From Chrysomallon squamiferum (Eukaryota > Animalia > Mollusca): a DNA stretch of 64,000 nt. The position numbers and the translations under genes were made by a program. Within the stretch, counting starts at the first letter, position 1; every line of letters starts with the position of its first letter. The notes under the pieces were generated by a model. The model was not told the DNA's origin, did no database searches, and was given only the letters and a program-made list of their open reading frames with translations. Of this stretch, positions 1 through 56,803 are shown in pieces. Location: positions 37,014,001 through 37,078,000 of the forward strand of contig CM022665.1 in assembly GCA_012295275.1 (NCBI GenBank), in the 5' to 3' direction.

Positions 1-15656
<15,656 letters not shown>

Positions 15657-15683
15657 TGTGAATTCCTTTTGTCACCTCCTACT

Positions 15684-15722
<39 letters not shown>

Positions 15723-16181
15723 TTGAATTTTATTCCAAATCCTTTTTAGTATTTTTTTATTTTATTTCATAAAGTATATGTATAGTCAGATGATAAATTG
15801 AAAATTTAAAAATAATACTTATAAACATTCCTCTTTTTTTTTTACAATATAAATTATTATATAGCAAGTGACATATTAAAGTGGGGTAAATCTAAAGTAT
15901 TCACAGCTGTTCAACATCTTTGTATCATCTTTCTCTGACAGTGATGATGTAATTAATCTAGTTACAATATTTAAATTCAGATATATTGCTTTATGATGTC
16001 ATTTTTCGCCCTTAATAGGACACAGTATTTCTTTTTGAGGTTATAAAATTGAATATCTGGATAAATTGATAGCAGAAAATAATTACTTTGGTTAATTCAT
16101 TATAAAAAAAAAATTAAAAAATATATATAAAATAAAATAATAAAATACATTCTAATGCCCAATCAGTGTTTGTTTTTTGCT

Positions 16182-16215
<34 letters not shown>

Positions 16216-16649
16216 CATAATTCAGTATTATGATATTTTCCTGTAGTCTCATTAAAATGTGAGAAATAATGAAATAAAAAGGAAAAGCAACTAGCTTAGT
16301 AAGACAGTAACGGTGTTAGAACTTGTTTTTTAAACATATATTTTAATACTTTACTATAGTAATACAACCTTAATTCAAAATATAGTAAAATAATAAAGCA
16401 AAAGCAAACGTATTAAAACTGATATAAATTATCTTATTATTAAAAATCTAATAACATGCATGCAGGATTAAGACATTTCATTATAATTATAATAATAAGA
16501 TATTAAAGAAAAATCTTTAGGCAACCAAAACAATAATTTAACATAATTTCTCTATAAATAATGCTGATTGAGTTTATAATATTATAACATTTAAAACAAA
16601 TAATAGATGCTTACAATCATAAATAGCAAAATATACTTTTATCTGGAAC

Positions 16650-16868
16650 ACGCAAGCTGTTTACCTTCGACACACTTGTTGTCAAGGAAGTGCCAGAACG
16701 TTGCGGAGAAAATTAATGTTGACTGCTTCCTGTATTATCCTCGTTCTCGTTCAAAACGCGAATTCTCGAGACGATTCCTTCGACTGTTTCGACTTTTACT
16801 TAATCTGTATTAAACGGAAACCAGTCGAGGATTCATGTTGTGTACCATCAAAGTCATTGCAATTGCCG
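16650..16868. promoter_or_regulatory. Bidirectional CpG-rich promoter shared by AK9 and MRPS5
   Basis: About 15 CpGs in ~220 bp against a strongly CpG-poor background, lying between divergent gene starts. Contains ETS-like GGAAGTG (16686-16692), an X-box-like GTTGTCAAGGAAGT (16678-16691) and the palindrome TCTCGAGA (16764-16771). Confidence 0.65.
16665..16720 (-). other. Probable non-coding first exon of AK9
   Basis: Donor GAAG|GTAAAC at 16664-16663 on the minus strand. The first coding exon has an acceptor (AAGTAG| at 15680-15679) 22 nt before the ATG, so an upstream UTR exon is needed. The 5' boundary is a guess. Confidence 0.55.
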
Positions 16869-19800
16869 ATGGCTGTTGCTTGTGGATATCGAGCAGGGAA
16901 AAACCTGCTGACAAGTACATTATCACTTAGAGGTATTATTATTCTGTTTGATTCATTGCATTATTAAAACTACAATTAGCCAAATGATCGAGAGACAAAT
17001 GTAAAAGAACAGATGATCACTTAGAGAAAATCAGACATGACAGCACGTTCACATGTGACTGGATAAGCATAACTAGTACAGTTTACATATAGATTTTGGT
17101 ACAGTGTTACGAGTGCAGATTAGGATAAGTGAAATATATCTAATGCTGCCATTAGTATTTTATTTGCGATCAAATGACAAAATGAAACTTAAAAAGCAGT
17201 GTTAGAATAGACTAATCTGGTTTAACCATCACCATGTAAAACTAATTAAAATATTTTATGACTTTTATTCATGCATTAACAACATATTATAATACATGCA
17301 GAGTAAAACTGTTTTTGTCAACACTCAGACTTAAATAACAAGTTTATCTTAACTGAAAAATAGTTTGTGGAATGATGGATGAAATGATAAACAGTGATAA
17401 TATATATTTTTATTACTTTTCAGATATTACTAGAATTTACACTTATTTATATCTAATTGTTATTAATTTTGTCATGTCAGCTTTTATCTCATTTAAATCA
17501 GATAATTTGAAGAATATTATTTAAATATCAGTGTTATGAGTATATATTATATGTATCTTCATTATTTAGTTTCAGAATGTGCTCGTGGATTACTTTTTAG
17601 CAAAGTCCATGTCGTACCTGCAGGATGTTGCGGTACATTTCTTATTTCAAGAAATACAAGTTTCTATACCAAATGTAAGTATTGTATTATTATCATAAAC
17701 AAATGATGATAATAATAATAATAATAATAATAGTAATAAAAAAATAATAATGTGAAATAATTGAATGGTTTGGGGACATGCAGTTGGAATTACAGATATG
17801 TAATTTTTGAAGTTAAGAGAATAATAAAACATTATTTTAATTTTGAAAATATTTTGTTATTGCTATTATTTATTGACTAGTTGTGTACATTAATAATATT
17901 AAAATTATTACCTGATAATTCACAGATTCTTCAGTGCTGTTAACGTTTTATACAATCAAATATCATGACTCTGTATTTTGTAAATAAATATATACTTGTA
18001 TTAATGATGTTAAAGATGATTCTTGGGCTTTATTTTCACAGTGACTGCTGATGAAATATGGAAGGGAATTGCAGGATTGAGTAACCCAGGTAGAAAGCGA
18101 GGTCGAGGCAGGAAAGGTGGGGCCAGAAGAGTAGTTGATCTGAATCGTGGCCAGGTGATAGGAGAAGGTTTGTTTTATTTTATTTTTTAATTCATTAATT
18201 TCTAAAATGTATCAATTTAAACAAAAATAACATTTCATCTTGGGCACACACTCATATATCTTATGATAGATATTTCTTTTATCATGAAATATATAACCAC
18301 CACAATAATACTTTCATCCTTTTCAGATTCTTGATTTTCCCCTTAAATGTGTTGATGTAAACTGTTTCTTTGAAGCATTTTAAGCATCACTTGTTCCAAA
18401 TGATTTAATCTTTAATGAAAGTTATTATCATATTATTTCCAAGTTGTAAACCAGTTTTTTCCTAAATGAATTTTTTTTCTCCTGGATTACATGCAGGCCT
18501 GTCACTTCATTAAATATTGATGTGGATATTTTTATTTGCTGTTAGAATTTAAAAAAATAAAAAATAAAAATAGAATCATTTTGTAAACCAGGGTATCTGC
18601 ACAATTCTAGCATTCATTAAGAGGCCATGATTTAAGAACACTTTTTAAAATCATTCCAAATGTTTGATCAATAATGTATCAGTTATAAGACTGTTTTAAG
18701 TGTTCATTAAATTTTAACATCAGCTAATACTATTTTGCAGGAGCAAAGAAAATGGTATGGCCTGGACTGAATGCTCCTGTTATGAAAGGAAGAGAACTGA
18801 TTAAAATTAAAGAACTGGCCCCAGATCCAAATCGAATAGAAAAACTTGTTGAAGCAAGAAAAAAGGATTCACGAGCATTTCGAACTTTCAAGATTCCAAC
18901 ATTACAGAGAGGATGGTCAGGCAACAGATTTCCTGGCATGAGTATCGGACCACCAGATCCTGTCACTGACTGTAAGTACAGAAAAATTTCACTTTTGATT
19001 GGAACTTGGATTCATAAATTTATAAAATTTATAAACAATTTCAAATGCATTACACCAAAGTTAAAGTTTTTCTTTGTTTTGGCTTAATGTTACAAATTTT
19101 CTCCAGGATTTTATTATTTTTTTTGTAGTATTATTAGAACATTTCCATAAACTAACTGCATTTATATTAGTACAGATTAAATATGTATATGATTATTTAT
19201 TTTTGACAGATACTTTTGAAGACTTTGACACACGAGTTCTGGAGGTGAGTTCCATTAATATATTCAAAATTATTGGTTTAATTTCATTTCCTAGTACTAC
19301 AGAAATTATCTGCAATCATTAATTTTTAACAGTATTTGATTATGTAATACAAATCTAAGGCTCACAAAATCATATACTTAAACATAATAAAAAATTCAGT
19401 TTGTTTGGGAATTTTAAGATCCATTGAACAAAAAGTAATTAATATGATCTTAATAATTAAATTTTGAAAACATTTTTACAGCTTGTGTTTTTTTATTGAC
19501 TTTTAATTCACATATTATATGGTTGACATTTTTTTAATTTCAGTTGAAACTTGTTTCTAATATGACTGGTAATTTTGGAAGAAAACAAAGATTTAGTGCT
19601 TTTGTTGTCACTGGAAACCAGCAAGGATTGGCAGGTAATTTTAAGTTTCTGGTTTAGTATAAACAGTATTTATTATCTAAATCAATGTGTTTATATAATA
19701 TATTCTGTCTTTCTTCTGAAAGTGTAAGACAATGAAATAATCTGTAATATTTATTAAAATTGATACTAAACTTGAATTAGAATAAATGTTTTTCTGTGAA

Positions 19801-21762
19801 TGGCAGGAACAAAAAGTCTAAACATATTTTGTTTACTTCCACTGATTGTTGTATTTGTTTTACAGGTTTTGCTCTGGGAAAAGCTCCAAACATTCAAGCT
19901 GCTCTCAGGAAGGTTTGTAATTTTTGCAACATTTAAGTTTGTTTTTAAAAACTGTATTCTTATGAAATATTTTATTGGAAAATAAATTTTAAAAACTCCC
20001 CACATAAATTTATTATAATAAAAGTGGTGTAAAGTTATTGATAATTGTTTCTAACATATTTTATTTTTTCTCATATATATTTTTCAGGCAAAAAATGTTG
20101 CTGCCCAACATCTGCAGTATATTGAATTGTACAAAAATCACACAGGTAAATATTTAAAAAATAATAATAAATAAGAATGACATCTTGTAAAAGAATTAGT
20201 TAATACTGTACCTATGAAATCTAGAAGTTAGAAAGTGAGTAATTGTCAGTGGTTGTTGATAACGAAGAGACATACAAATGATTTCACTCTTGATATATAT
20301 ATTCAGAGTTTAGTTAATTTCTTCCTGTTTTAAAATCATTTTAAAATGATGCTTTGAGTGTTCTGATTAATATGTAATGTATCTTATACTACTTTAATTT
20401 AATCTTGCAAGTGCTTGCTGTTTTCAGTTTTTCATAATTTCCATACACAAGAAAAGCAGACAGCAATCATGGTGAAAAAAGTAGCAGAAGGTAAGTTGCT
20501 TTTTTCATTCATTTTTTTTTTTTTTTTATTTTTTACTTTATAAATGAAAAATAAATTTCTTAAGATGATGTGCAAGTTCAGTACACTATCAATTCTGTCC
20601 AAACAAAATTCTATCATGTTATCTTGGATAGACGTTATTAAACATTCAGTCAATTTACTTTAAATAATTGATTGACTGTTAATGTAATAATTTCATCTCA
20701 GGACATGGTCTGGTCTGTCATCGAGCACTGAAGACAATTTGTCAAGTGATTGGTATTAAGGATTTGTATGCAAAAGTAGAAGGATCAACTGGAAATATCC
20801 AGAATCTGACTAAAGCCTTCTTTGCTGGACTCAGAAATCAGGTAAATATCCATGTAGTCTTTTTGTTTAGTAAAATAAAACAGTGATAAGGTTACCAGCA
20901 GAAATGTTTTGTCTAATGTTTGAATTTTTAACTATTATAATTTTGTAGTTTTGTTTGCTCTGAAGAATAAACTTGTTGGTATTATTATTACCAGAGCCAA
21001 TTTCATCAGTGTTAGACATAAATATTTTAGGATCCTTTTCTTGAAATCAGATTAACTCAAGTCTAATTTATTTTGGTAATTCTCTATTAAATTAACAATA
21101 TTTGTATTTATCAATCAGTAATCATAAGTTGTACTAAAAATGTTTTTATTTGATTTTGTTAGGAACTTGCTCAAGTTCATTGGTTAGATATTCATGGGTT
21201 TTCTTTTTTTCATCCACTTTTCCACATCTGGTTAAATAAAAGAATGGCTGTTTCATATTATCTATGGAAAGGGCAGATGAAAGCTCCCATCTTTCTAATC
21301 AATAAAAGCAGCATGGAATTATTGTGTCATTGATAATACATGTATATTATTAAATAAATTTATTCTTCTGGTTTATTATTTCATTATTTTCTTTTTTTTT
21401 TTCAGGAAACACATCAGGAGCTTGCTGACAGGATGAAGCTGCATGTTGTTGAACTTAGAAAAGACATGTCTGATGTCCCCATAGTGGTAGCTTCTCCATC
21501 TGATAATGAAGTGCAGGAGGCAGCAAAGGAAGAAGACATAGACTTTGAAAACCTCTATTTCAGAGGCCGTGTTCCATACAACAGGCCCAAAAATCGTCCT
21601 TTTTATGAATATTTACCTTTTTGGAGAGCCAAACGGTTTCAGCTGTACAAAATTCGAAACCAGCCCGATTGCCAACTTGAGCGGAAGCTGTACAATATGG
21701 AACCATCAAATGAAGAATTTCAAAGGCGTCTTCGACCTTTGAAAGCTTCAAGAGATATTTGA
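16869..21762 (+). CDS. MRPS5: 28S ribosomal protein S5, mitochondrial (uS5m), complete, 436 aa
   Basis: 11 phase-consistent exons: 16869-16932, 17576-17674, 18042-18167, 18741-18971, 19210-19244, 19544-19634, 19866-19912, 20088-20145, 20428-20490, 20702-20841, 21406-21762 (1311 nt). Basic N-terminal presequence followed by uS5m motifs [111 protein letters not shown]. Confidence 0.96.
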
Positions 21763-21805
21763 AACTATATATCATCAAGACTTCCATGATACTAAGTATC
21801 ATGAT

Positions 21806-21925
21806 ATTAAAAATTTAATGAATTAAAGTGATTATTTTACATTTAGTGTGTTAAAAAAAAAAAAACTTGTAAGCCACTAATGGTAATTTACCACTTCTGG
21901 CATGTTTATACACATAAATAATAAA
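21806..21925 (+). terminator. Candidate polyadenylation signals of MRPS5
   Basis: ATTAAA at 21806 and 21822 and AATAAA at 21920, followed by T/GT-rich sequence. Confidence 0.4.
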
Positions 21926-22098
21926 AAAATTCTGTCTTTTCATTGCATTCATTGTATGCTTTTATACAGAATTAGTAATCTTGATGATTTTAACATACAG
22001 AAGGGAGGATTGTCTAAAAGTGATATGAAAAATTTAGTAACCGTCAAAGACTTGTAATTTAGTAAATATCAACACGACAACATTCTAGTTGTCAAACA

Positions 22099-22104
22099 TT
22101 TATT
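22099..22104 (-). terminator. Candidate distal polyadenylation signal of the EML gene
   Basis: AATAAA on the minus strand, followed downstream by GU-rich TGTTGTCGTGTTG. Implies a ~1.2-kb 3' UTR. Confidence 0.35.
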
Positions 22105-23327
22105 TTTTTATTTATATTTTTTTTTTTTTTTTCTCACCCCTTTATGAAAGAAGTTGATCACAAAAATCATAAAAAAATTCACTCTTGCTACTAACAGATT
22201 TTAATATATATATATATATATTTTTTTTTAATATATATTTCTGGCAAAGCAAAATACAATGCATGAAAAATGTTTATTTTTAAAATAATTGCTTATCCAA
22301 GTCTTCAAACATTACAGACAGAAAGAAAAGTGATATTAGTAACACGTTAGTTGTCATTATTTTCTTTGTTTTCAAGAATATTACAAAAAAATGAAACTGT
22401 AATCAGTACCGGTATATACTGTTGGCTAATAAAAACATTTACACATACAAAAAAAAAAAAATTTAATAATAATAATCACAGAATCAATTGAGCAACAAAA
22501 TGAGACAATCTGTTAAATGTAAGAACTTTTGTATCAGACAATTATGTTACAGCACTGAAGAAAACATACCGTACGGTTTCGAATTAAGTGTGGTTTTGAA
22601 AGGACTAATAATAAAGTCCAATGCTATTTTATATTTCAATTAAAACTTTATCTTTGGCTTTTAATAATCATATCATTTCTAGTTCTAAAAATTTTAAATG
22701 TTTTTAAAAACTGATTTAGTAATGAACCAAGAATAAATGAAGAAAAATGATAAAAACTTGCATATATCTCAAACAGAAACCTGCAGAAAACTATGTACTG
22801 AATAAATTATTCACAACTTCGGGGGGAAAAGATTAGCTGAAGGCAAAATATATATATATCTATATACAATGAAATGAAACATGCATTAGCCACTGTGCTT
22901 AAATCAAGTACATATCAGTTTAAAACACTGTTATGGTTGAATCTGACTGAAAAAAAAATATGAATTTATTTTTAATAGTGAACATTTGCAAACAACGAAA
23001 CACTTAAATAATAATCAATTTTTTTCTTCCCAGAATACAATTCTTATGATGGTGACGGATAACTATGTTGCACACAAGGTTAAAAGGAATAAATAACAAT
23101 TTTAAGTGGTTTTGTTTTAAAATACTGGGGAGGATCCTGAAGCTCTGGTTAACTATTCCATATAACAGTAAATGCATTATTTAAGGTTTCGGTTTTACAT
23201 GTAATTATAATATATGTGTCTGTCTTTCTTAAGTGTTCTTTCAGTTGAAACATTCAGTGTCTGAGGAAGAATGAGTTCCAGGAGAGTTGTTAAAAATCTT
23301 GATCATCTGCAGCAAGCACGAAAAGAG

Positions 23328-50463
<27,136 letters not shown>

Positions 50464-52511
50464 TTTTTTTTTTTTTTTGTTGACAGCCGACAGTTATGAA
50501 GATCAAAAAGGTCTTTAGCTAAACCAAGAATTGTGGGATATCCTTGCAAGTGTCTTTTTCTCCGAGAGTGGACAGGTAAAGAGAGTGACCAGTAAAAATA
50601 TTGATCCGTGCAGATGGATACAAACACACACACACACAGCTACACCTCCGATTAGAAGCAATGAAATTTCTTCAGGCTTGTTCTGATCTCAGCGTTTAAT
50701 CTCTCAAGTGTTTACAGTGATCTCCACTACTCTAGCTTTTTTATTACTTATTTATATCCTCCACTTTATACCAAATATTAATTTACGGAAAAAGATTCTC
50801 ACATTTAATTCATTTTCAAAACAAAGATAATAATTATAAATCCAAGCTTGCAGAAGTTTTAAAAAGTTTGAGCTGCTAGTTTTGACAGTTTCAGATAATT
50901 GCAGGTGACATTTATATCTACTGTCACACATACACATAGATCAATTCTGATAACAATCAGCTAGCACCAGTTAAAATGTGTCATACAAGATTGGACTGAT
51001 TTGTGACTCCATTGATCAGACATGTATAGGCAATTGTCCCATACAATTGGGTATAGAAAAATGTCTGCTAGCATACAGAAAAAGATCAAGGTTTTTGACT
51101 GTTTGGCTACAACCTTTTCAACATGAACAGAAATGTAATGCAGCACCACGTTTGTAGATAATAAAAACCGTAACAACAAATTCAGTTTTATATTTGGTGA
51201 TAATATTTTGTTCAAAATAAATTAGACACTTAGCATTTTGTTTTTCATTTAAGGTTTATAAATAATATAATGGGGTTGGGAAATTAATATTCACTGTACA
51301 TTTCATTTTAAATAAAAATGTATGGAATATATTAATTTATGTTTGAGTAGTTGCTAGAAGCCTACATATAAATTTATTTTTCATGGTTCAGGACAGAAAA
51401 AAAAAGAAGTATAATAGTATTCCAGATATTTCATTTAATGTTTAGGTTAGACAGCTTTGTGGGCGAAATTTTAGTTTTTATTTATTTTAAATTTAAAGTT
51501 TTAAGAACATAACAGTAAATAAAAGAAAAAAAAAAAAAAAATGAAGAAAATTAAGCTATCATTTGCAATAAAGGCATGTGGTGTGTTTTGTGCAATATTT
51601 AAGTGTTTTAAAGGAACACAATTATTTCTGTACATAGAATTATTGTAAATATTATTTAAATACATTTGTATCTGTACTAAATTTTACTGGTTTTGAGTAA
51701 CAAAAAAATTCAATGCATGTATGTTGTTGTGTACATGAATAAAACCTACAGACTTTTTCTGTATAAACCAAATTATGTCAGATATATATTATTTTTTATC
51801 TTTGTTTTATGTAATAATAACAATAACAATAATAATAAAATTAAATATTATTAATAATTGCTTAGTAATGACATTTTTTAAATTTATTTATCTACCTGTA
51901 TTCATTTCAAGTATCCTTTACTTTATCTGATTTAGCTGGAGATTATCTTATTGGCAGAGTACCTGGCCAAGTCATGCTCCATTGAACACTTACTTGTTGC
52001 TGTTTAGACTACTGCTGCTCAGTAAGATATCATTGGTTACGGTTTGTGATTACAAGATTTTGATAAATTGCATGTATAAAGGATCAGCTGATGGCTATAG
52101 CCAATTAGTGACTATGGCTAAGAAGACTTCTATCAGTCAAAGTCACTAACAACAGCTGATTGAGTTTTAGTTCAAGTGTTCACCCAGAGAGGTGTCTTTC
52201 AGCTTCATTGTCAAATATAATAATTAATAGTAATGCATTAGGTGTAGTAGTAGTAGTAGTAGTGGTGGTTGTAATAATAATCACGTGCAGTGTAATAATA
52301 ATAAAAATAATGAATAGTCGTGTTAGTTATAATACTAACAATAACAGTAATGTCAGTAGTATTAATATCAGTACTAGTTACAATAATAATGACGATGATA
52401 ATTCATAAGAATATGAATATTTGAACAGCTCAGTACCCCAAAATATTTTGTGCTGAGTCACAGTTTAGAAAGTCTTTGGAAACAAAGATCACAGAAAATG
52501 ATTATGTGTTA

Positions 52512-52562
<51 letters not shown>

Positions 52563-52854
52563 CATTTAAAAAAATAATTGAAATTTTAAACAAATTTAAT
52601 AAACATTTTAATTTAAAAAAAAGAAAAGAAAAAAAAAAAATCCTGTCCTCAGTTTGTTTCAAGTGGTATCATTAAAATTTCTTTAACATTTGCACAAGGT
52701 GAAGCACACCAGTACGTATTCTTGACACTAAACTGCAGACACACACAACACGTTGAGCAACAGGAGATGAACAAACATGTTCAGATAAACAACAAAATTC
52801 ATTGAAGGTAACTGTGTCAATGAAAACATAGCTCACATTTCAGTTCTTACTGTA

Positions 52855-52945
52855 TAAATTGTGATTCAGTTATGCCTGTCTGAGGAATGATGGGTCACTG
52901 GATCAATCCTCTTAACTGTACACATTGGACTATTTTCCCTTTTCT
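52855..52945 (+). mobile_element. Degraded SINE head fragment
   Basis: GGTCACTGGATCAATCC (B-box-like) followed by CATTGGACTATTTTCCC, resembling mollusc tRNA-SINE heads from memory. Confidence 0.3.
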
Positions 52946-54747
52946 TGACTTAATAAGCTCTTCGGCACCTTTAGTCAGGTTTTGACTTCTGTATGCACTT
53001 GTTATGACAGCTTTAATCAAGTTACAACAGAATCTTTCATGGATCAAATTACATTTTCATCATGCTAGCATGATGCCTGTGCATCATCTACTTCTATCAC
53101 AATTCACACTTTTGATGTTAGATAGAAAGAAGATTAAAAGCTATGGTATCTTTTTGCTGACACTGTGAAGGGGTTATATATATATATATATACAGTCCTG
53201 TGCTGTAAAAATAACTGATAAGAATAGCCAACTAATTTATGGGTTTCCTTAAAACCTTACATTAGACACCTAATAATCTATTTTTAAAATATGATTTACT
53301 TATCATTAACCAAATATTAATTTAAAATATTTATGAATTTTCTATCCAAGTTTGTTAATTTTTGTGTATTGCTGATGTCAGATTATATATATATAAAAAT
53401 ATGTATTTGTGTTTCCTTAAACTTTACTGAAATTTATGAATACAACAGTAAAGTTTTATTTAATATATTTGTACTTATGCAGTACTATAGATTGTAATTA
53501 ATAAATACACTAGTTGATATAAATAAAATAGGAAAACTGAGTAAACAGAGACTCAGTCTATATTGCACATTTATGATACTAATATGTAAACCATAATTTA
53601 ATGCACAGATAAATATCTATCACACACACACTCTCAGAAATCAATTTAACTACACATATTCTGACAGATATTATTTCAAGTCTAAAAAAAGAGATGTTCA
53701 CAGCATTTTCTATTTGCTGAAAATATTTTCCAATGTTTCTGTGTTTCATATAGACAAACATACAAACAACTGATGACAAATTTCTGCAATATTTAAAAAT
53801 AAAAATGTGACTGAAATGTTTTTCTTCAAATTTACATTTCAGAAAAACAACACAATTTTTTTTTTTTTTTTAAAAACCCTGTCCCCCCTCCAAAAACCCC
53901 CAACAAATATTTGTTCACATTATTCAAACAATGAGATAGTGCAAATATTTTTCAGTAATAATGTCAAGAGGAATCTTCTAATCTTCTGATATGGTAAGCA
54001 GATTGAGCAAATATTGAACAATGAAAAATAATCTATACAAACATATAAATTGGAAAGTGGTAGATATGTTTATCTGAATGCAGTAAGTTAACAGTTTTAT
54101 ATATTTAATCCAAAACTAAACAAGATATGTAATGTTTAATCCACAAATATTTAATACTCCAAAGCAGAATCTACAAATATCAGATATAGCAAATACATTC
54201 TACAAATACGACAGACCAAACCAGAAAGTGCAAATTTCTGTCACAATATAAACCGTGCAAATTTAAAGGCATTTTATATATTCCATGCATTTGCCAAGCA
54301 GACTGTATATTTCAGGTGCTGCTACAAAGTTCATATTACCAACAGATCAAAGTTGACTATAGTGCATAAACTTTGTACAACAGAGTGCAGATTTTAGGCT
54401 ATGGAGACTGCAAATACCAAATATAAAAAAACAGACAGTATTAATTTTTAGACATTAAGTATAGATATTTAAAAAATAAAAACATAAAATAAAAAAATAA
54501 TAATTAATAATAAAAAATTATAAAATCTGGAACATTACTAAGTAGTTTGTAACATTACAAAGTAGACAGAACAAAAATCTGACATGCAAAGATGAGTGAA
54601 TAACTTGCAAGTTGCTATACATGTATCTGTAAGATGCAAATCAACATTTATATATATATATATATATATTACAGATATAGATATTCCCAAGTAAAACCTA
54701 ATAGTAAATCTTTAATCCTAAAATAAAATAACATACAGCAAACATAC

Positions 54748-54769
54748 CTTTGACCAACACAGGCTCCAT
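54748..54769 (-). CDS. Candidate alternative first coding exon of EML (MEPVLVK)
   Basis: ATG GAG CCT GTG TTG GTC AAA G|GTATGT; phase 1 matches the coiled-coil exon 46631-46774. Confidence 0.3.
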
Positions 54770-56576
54770 AATCTTTATCTTTTAGTGACTTTTGTACTGG
54801 TTTTCAGTGTTCTGACAGTTGCCTTCATGTGTGGGTTTAGATGTGTGATTAAACACAAACATGTGGCCCACCTATCAGTAGTACTGCCAGTAGAAAATGA
54901 TCATAAACATACTGTGCATCAGCATGTTGTGTATAATGATATTATCATTAATACATTTTATACATTTCCCTAGAGTAGAGCTCACACAGACCTAACTTAT
55001 GTATGTAAAATAATTTTAAAAATATAAATAATTTCTAGCAGATACTTATTTATTTTATATTTATATTACAACAGAAGCAACTTCACTGGGCCTCCATGAA
55101 GATGCATACAAATCTGAAATATTCATCAGGTATATTACTGTACCAGCCTGGCTAGAGTTAAGTCACTGCTAGTAAAGTTTATCTGTGGTGGTACAAGTAA
55201 ATGGTTTAATAGAATACTTCATATTTCCAAGTTACTTGATATATATACAATATATTTATACCATTTCTTTGTATCACCAAATTGGTTCTGTTTGCTATTA
55301 ACTCCTACACAGAACTAGTTGTTTAAGTTAGTTATCATCGTTGTCCTGAACAGGACATAAGGCTATGATAGGGCTTTTCAGATGGTTTTGTTCTAAATGG
55401 AAAGATGCAAGACAACAATATCCTCACCTTTCTCTTACATGCTATCATGTCTTGAACACAATTCTGGCTTTTATATTATGCCCTAGACAGATGTGCTTCA
55501 TCCTTTTTATGGATTTGAATGTGTGATTAGTTATCTTAGTCTTTTTAATAGTAATGACATAAGATAAGCTTTTTATTAAACTTGAGAAAAGAAATCTGTA
55601 GTAATCTGTGATTTACTATTGATTACAAGAAAAGAGGTCGTTTATAATGCACTAAGTCAAATACCTAAATGCTTGTCTTTCAATTAGTTTTGTATGCACT
55701 AACCCAAAGTATAGTCTCTTAACATTGCTAAGAAATATATGCATTAGTGTAAACAACAATTAGTTCTGAAAAAAAATATATAGATTTAAAAGTGGACATC
55801 ATGACTTGGCATAATAATCCTAATCCATTTTATTTCACTTCCTTTACTGTGGGAATTATTTTATTTTTTACTTATTTTTTTTAAATAAAAATAAAAATAT
55901 TTATCATTTCCAATGACTTTAGCAAATTCTAACCTCCCCATATGTATTAGAGAGTTATAAATTCACAATAAAATGAATCATCCAGTTCACACAATTTCAA
56001 AAACTGCAAGAATTCTCTGTGAGTTAAAATGTCTCATTTATTTCAAGGAAACTGAATTTCTTCAGCTTCTTCTCTGACACAAACAGGTGTAACCTGTCTC
56101 CTTTTTTGCAGTACCTCTGTTACACAACAAACAAAACTAAATAGACCAGATACTACAACACTGCTGTATCAACAATCAAACAGGTTTATATTTACAGATG
56201 TCCCCTGTAAAATCTGCAATGATGTTTTCTTTAAAAATACACTACAATATCACACAAGAAAAGGTGTAACAATATTATGCTTGTGGGAGATACCAGACAA
56301 ATATTCCTTTAAATTCTTCAAGTCTCATGAAACCATTTCCTATGAATGCAGCGATTGTTCTGAATTGTTTTCCTTGGGCTGTCACCTGAAGTTTGAGTTA
56401 AACATGCAGTTCACCTTGCCTTGTTAGAAAGGTGTGCGGTTTAAAACAGGTAATGAAATTGTTAGTCCTTGTTTCTATTCTGTTAATGCCAATTTTCAGA
56501 AAACCTAATCAGCCTATACAGTGCAGTGTTACTATTTGTTTCTATTTTATTATTAATTTTATTTTCAGACAACATA

Positions 56577-56803
56577 ACCAGGCTAGATAGTGCAGTGGTT
56601 AAAATATTGGCCTTAAGACTGATAAGAACATGGGCTGAGTCCCAATGCCAGAGACTATCTAAAGCAAAGAGAAAGATATAAAACCATTAAAACCTTTCTT
56701 CAAAATAACTAATCTTCTGAACTGTTAATGACAAACCTAGATCCCAGGAATATATGCCCAACTGTGAATCTTTGGTGGATAGAAAAACATAGGATAGCAA
56801 AAA
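56577..56803 (+). mobile_element. Degraded tRNA-derived SINE
   Basis: Pol III A-box-like TAGTGCAGTGG (56588-56598) and decayed B-box GGGCTGAGTCCC (56632-56643) at tRNA-like spacing, ~220 bp body and A-rich end. No intact cloverleaf. Confidence 0.55.

Noticed and set aside
21547-21567. ENLYFRG in MRPS5, resembling the TEV protease site ENLYFQG
   Set aside because: P1 is Arg rather than Gln, it lies in a native exon and there is no vector context; coincidence.
23238-23327. Open frame of ~29 codons after the EML TAA (possible readthrough)
   Set aside because: TAA is an efficient stop and the protein ends at the family's usual QW-x-x-x terminus; no readthrough signal seen.
56577-56650. tRNA gene
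   Set aside because: A and B boxes are degenerate and no cloverleaf forms; treated as a SINE head.
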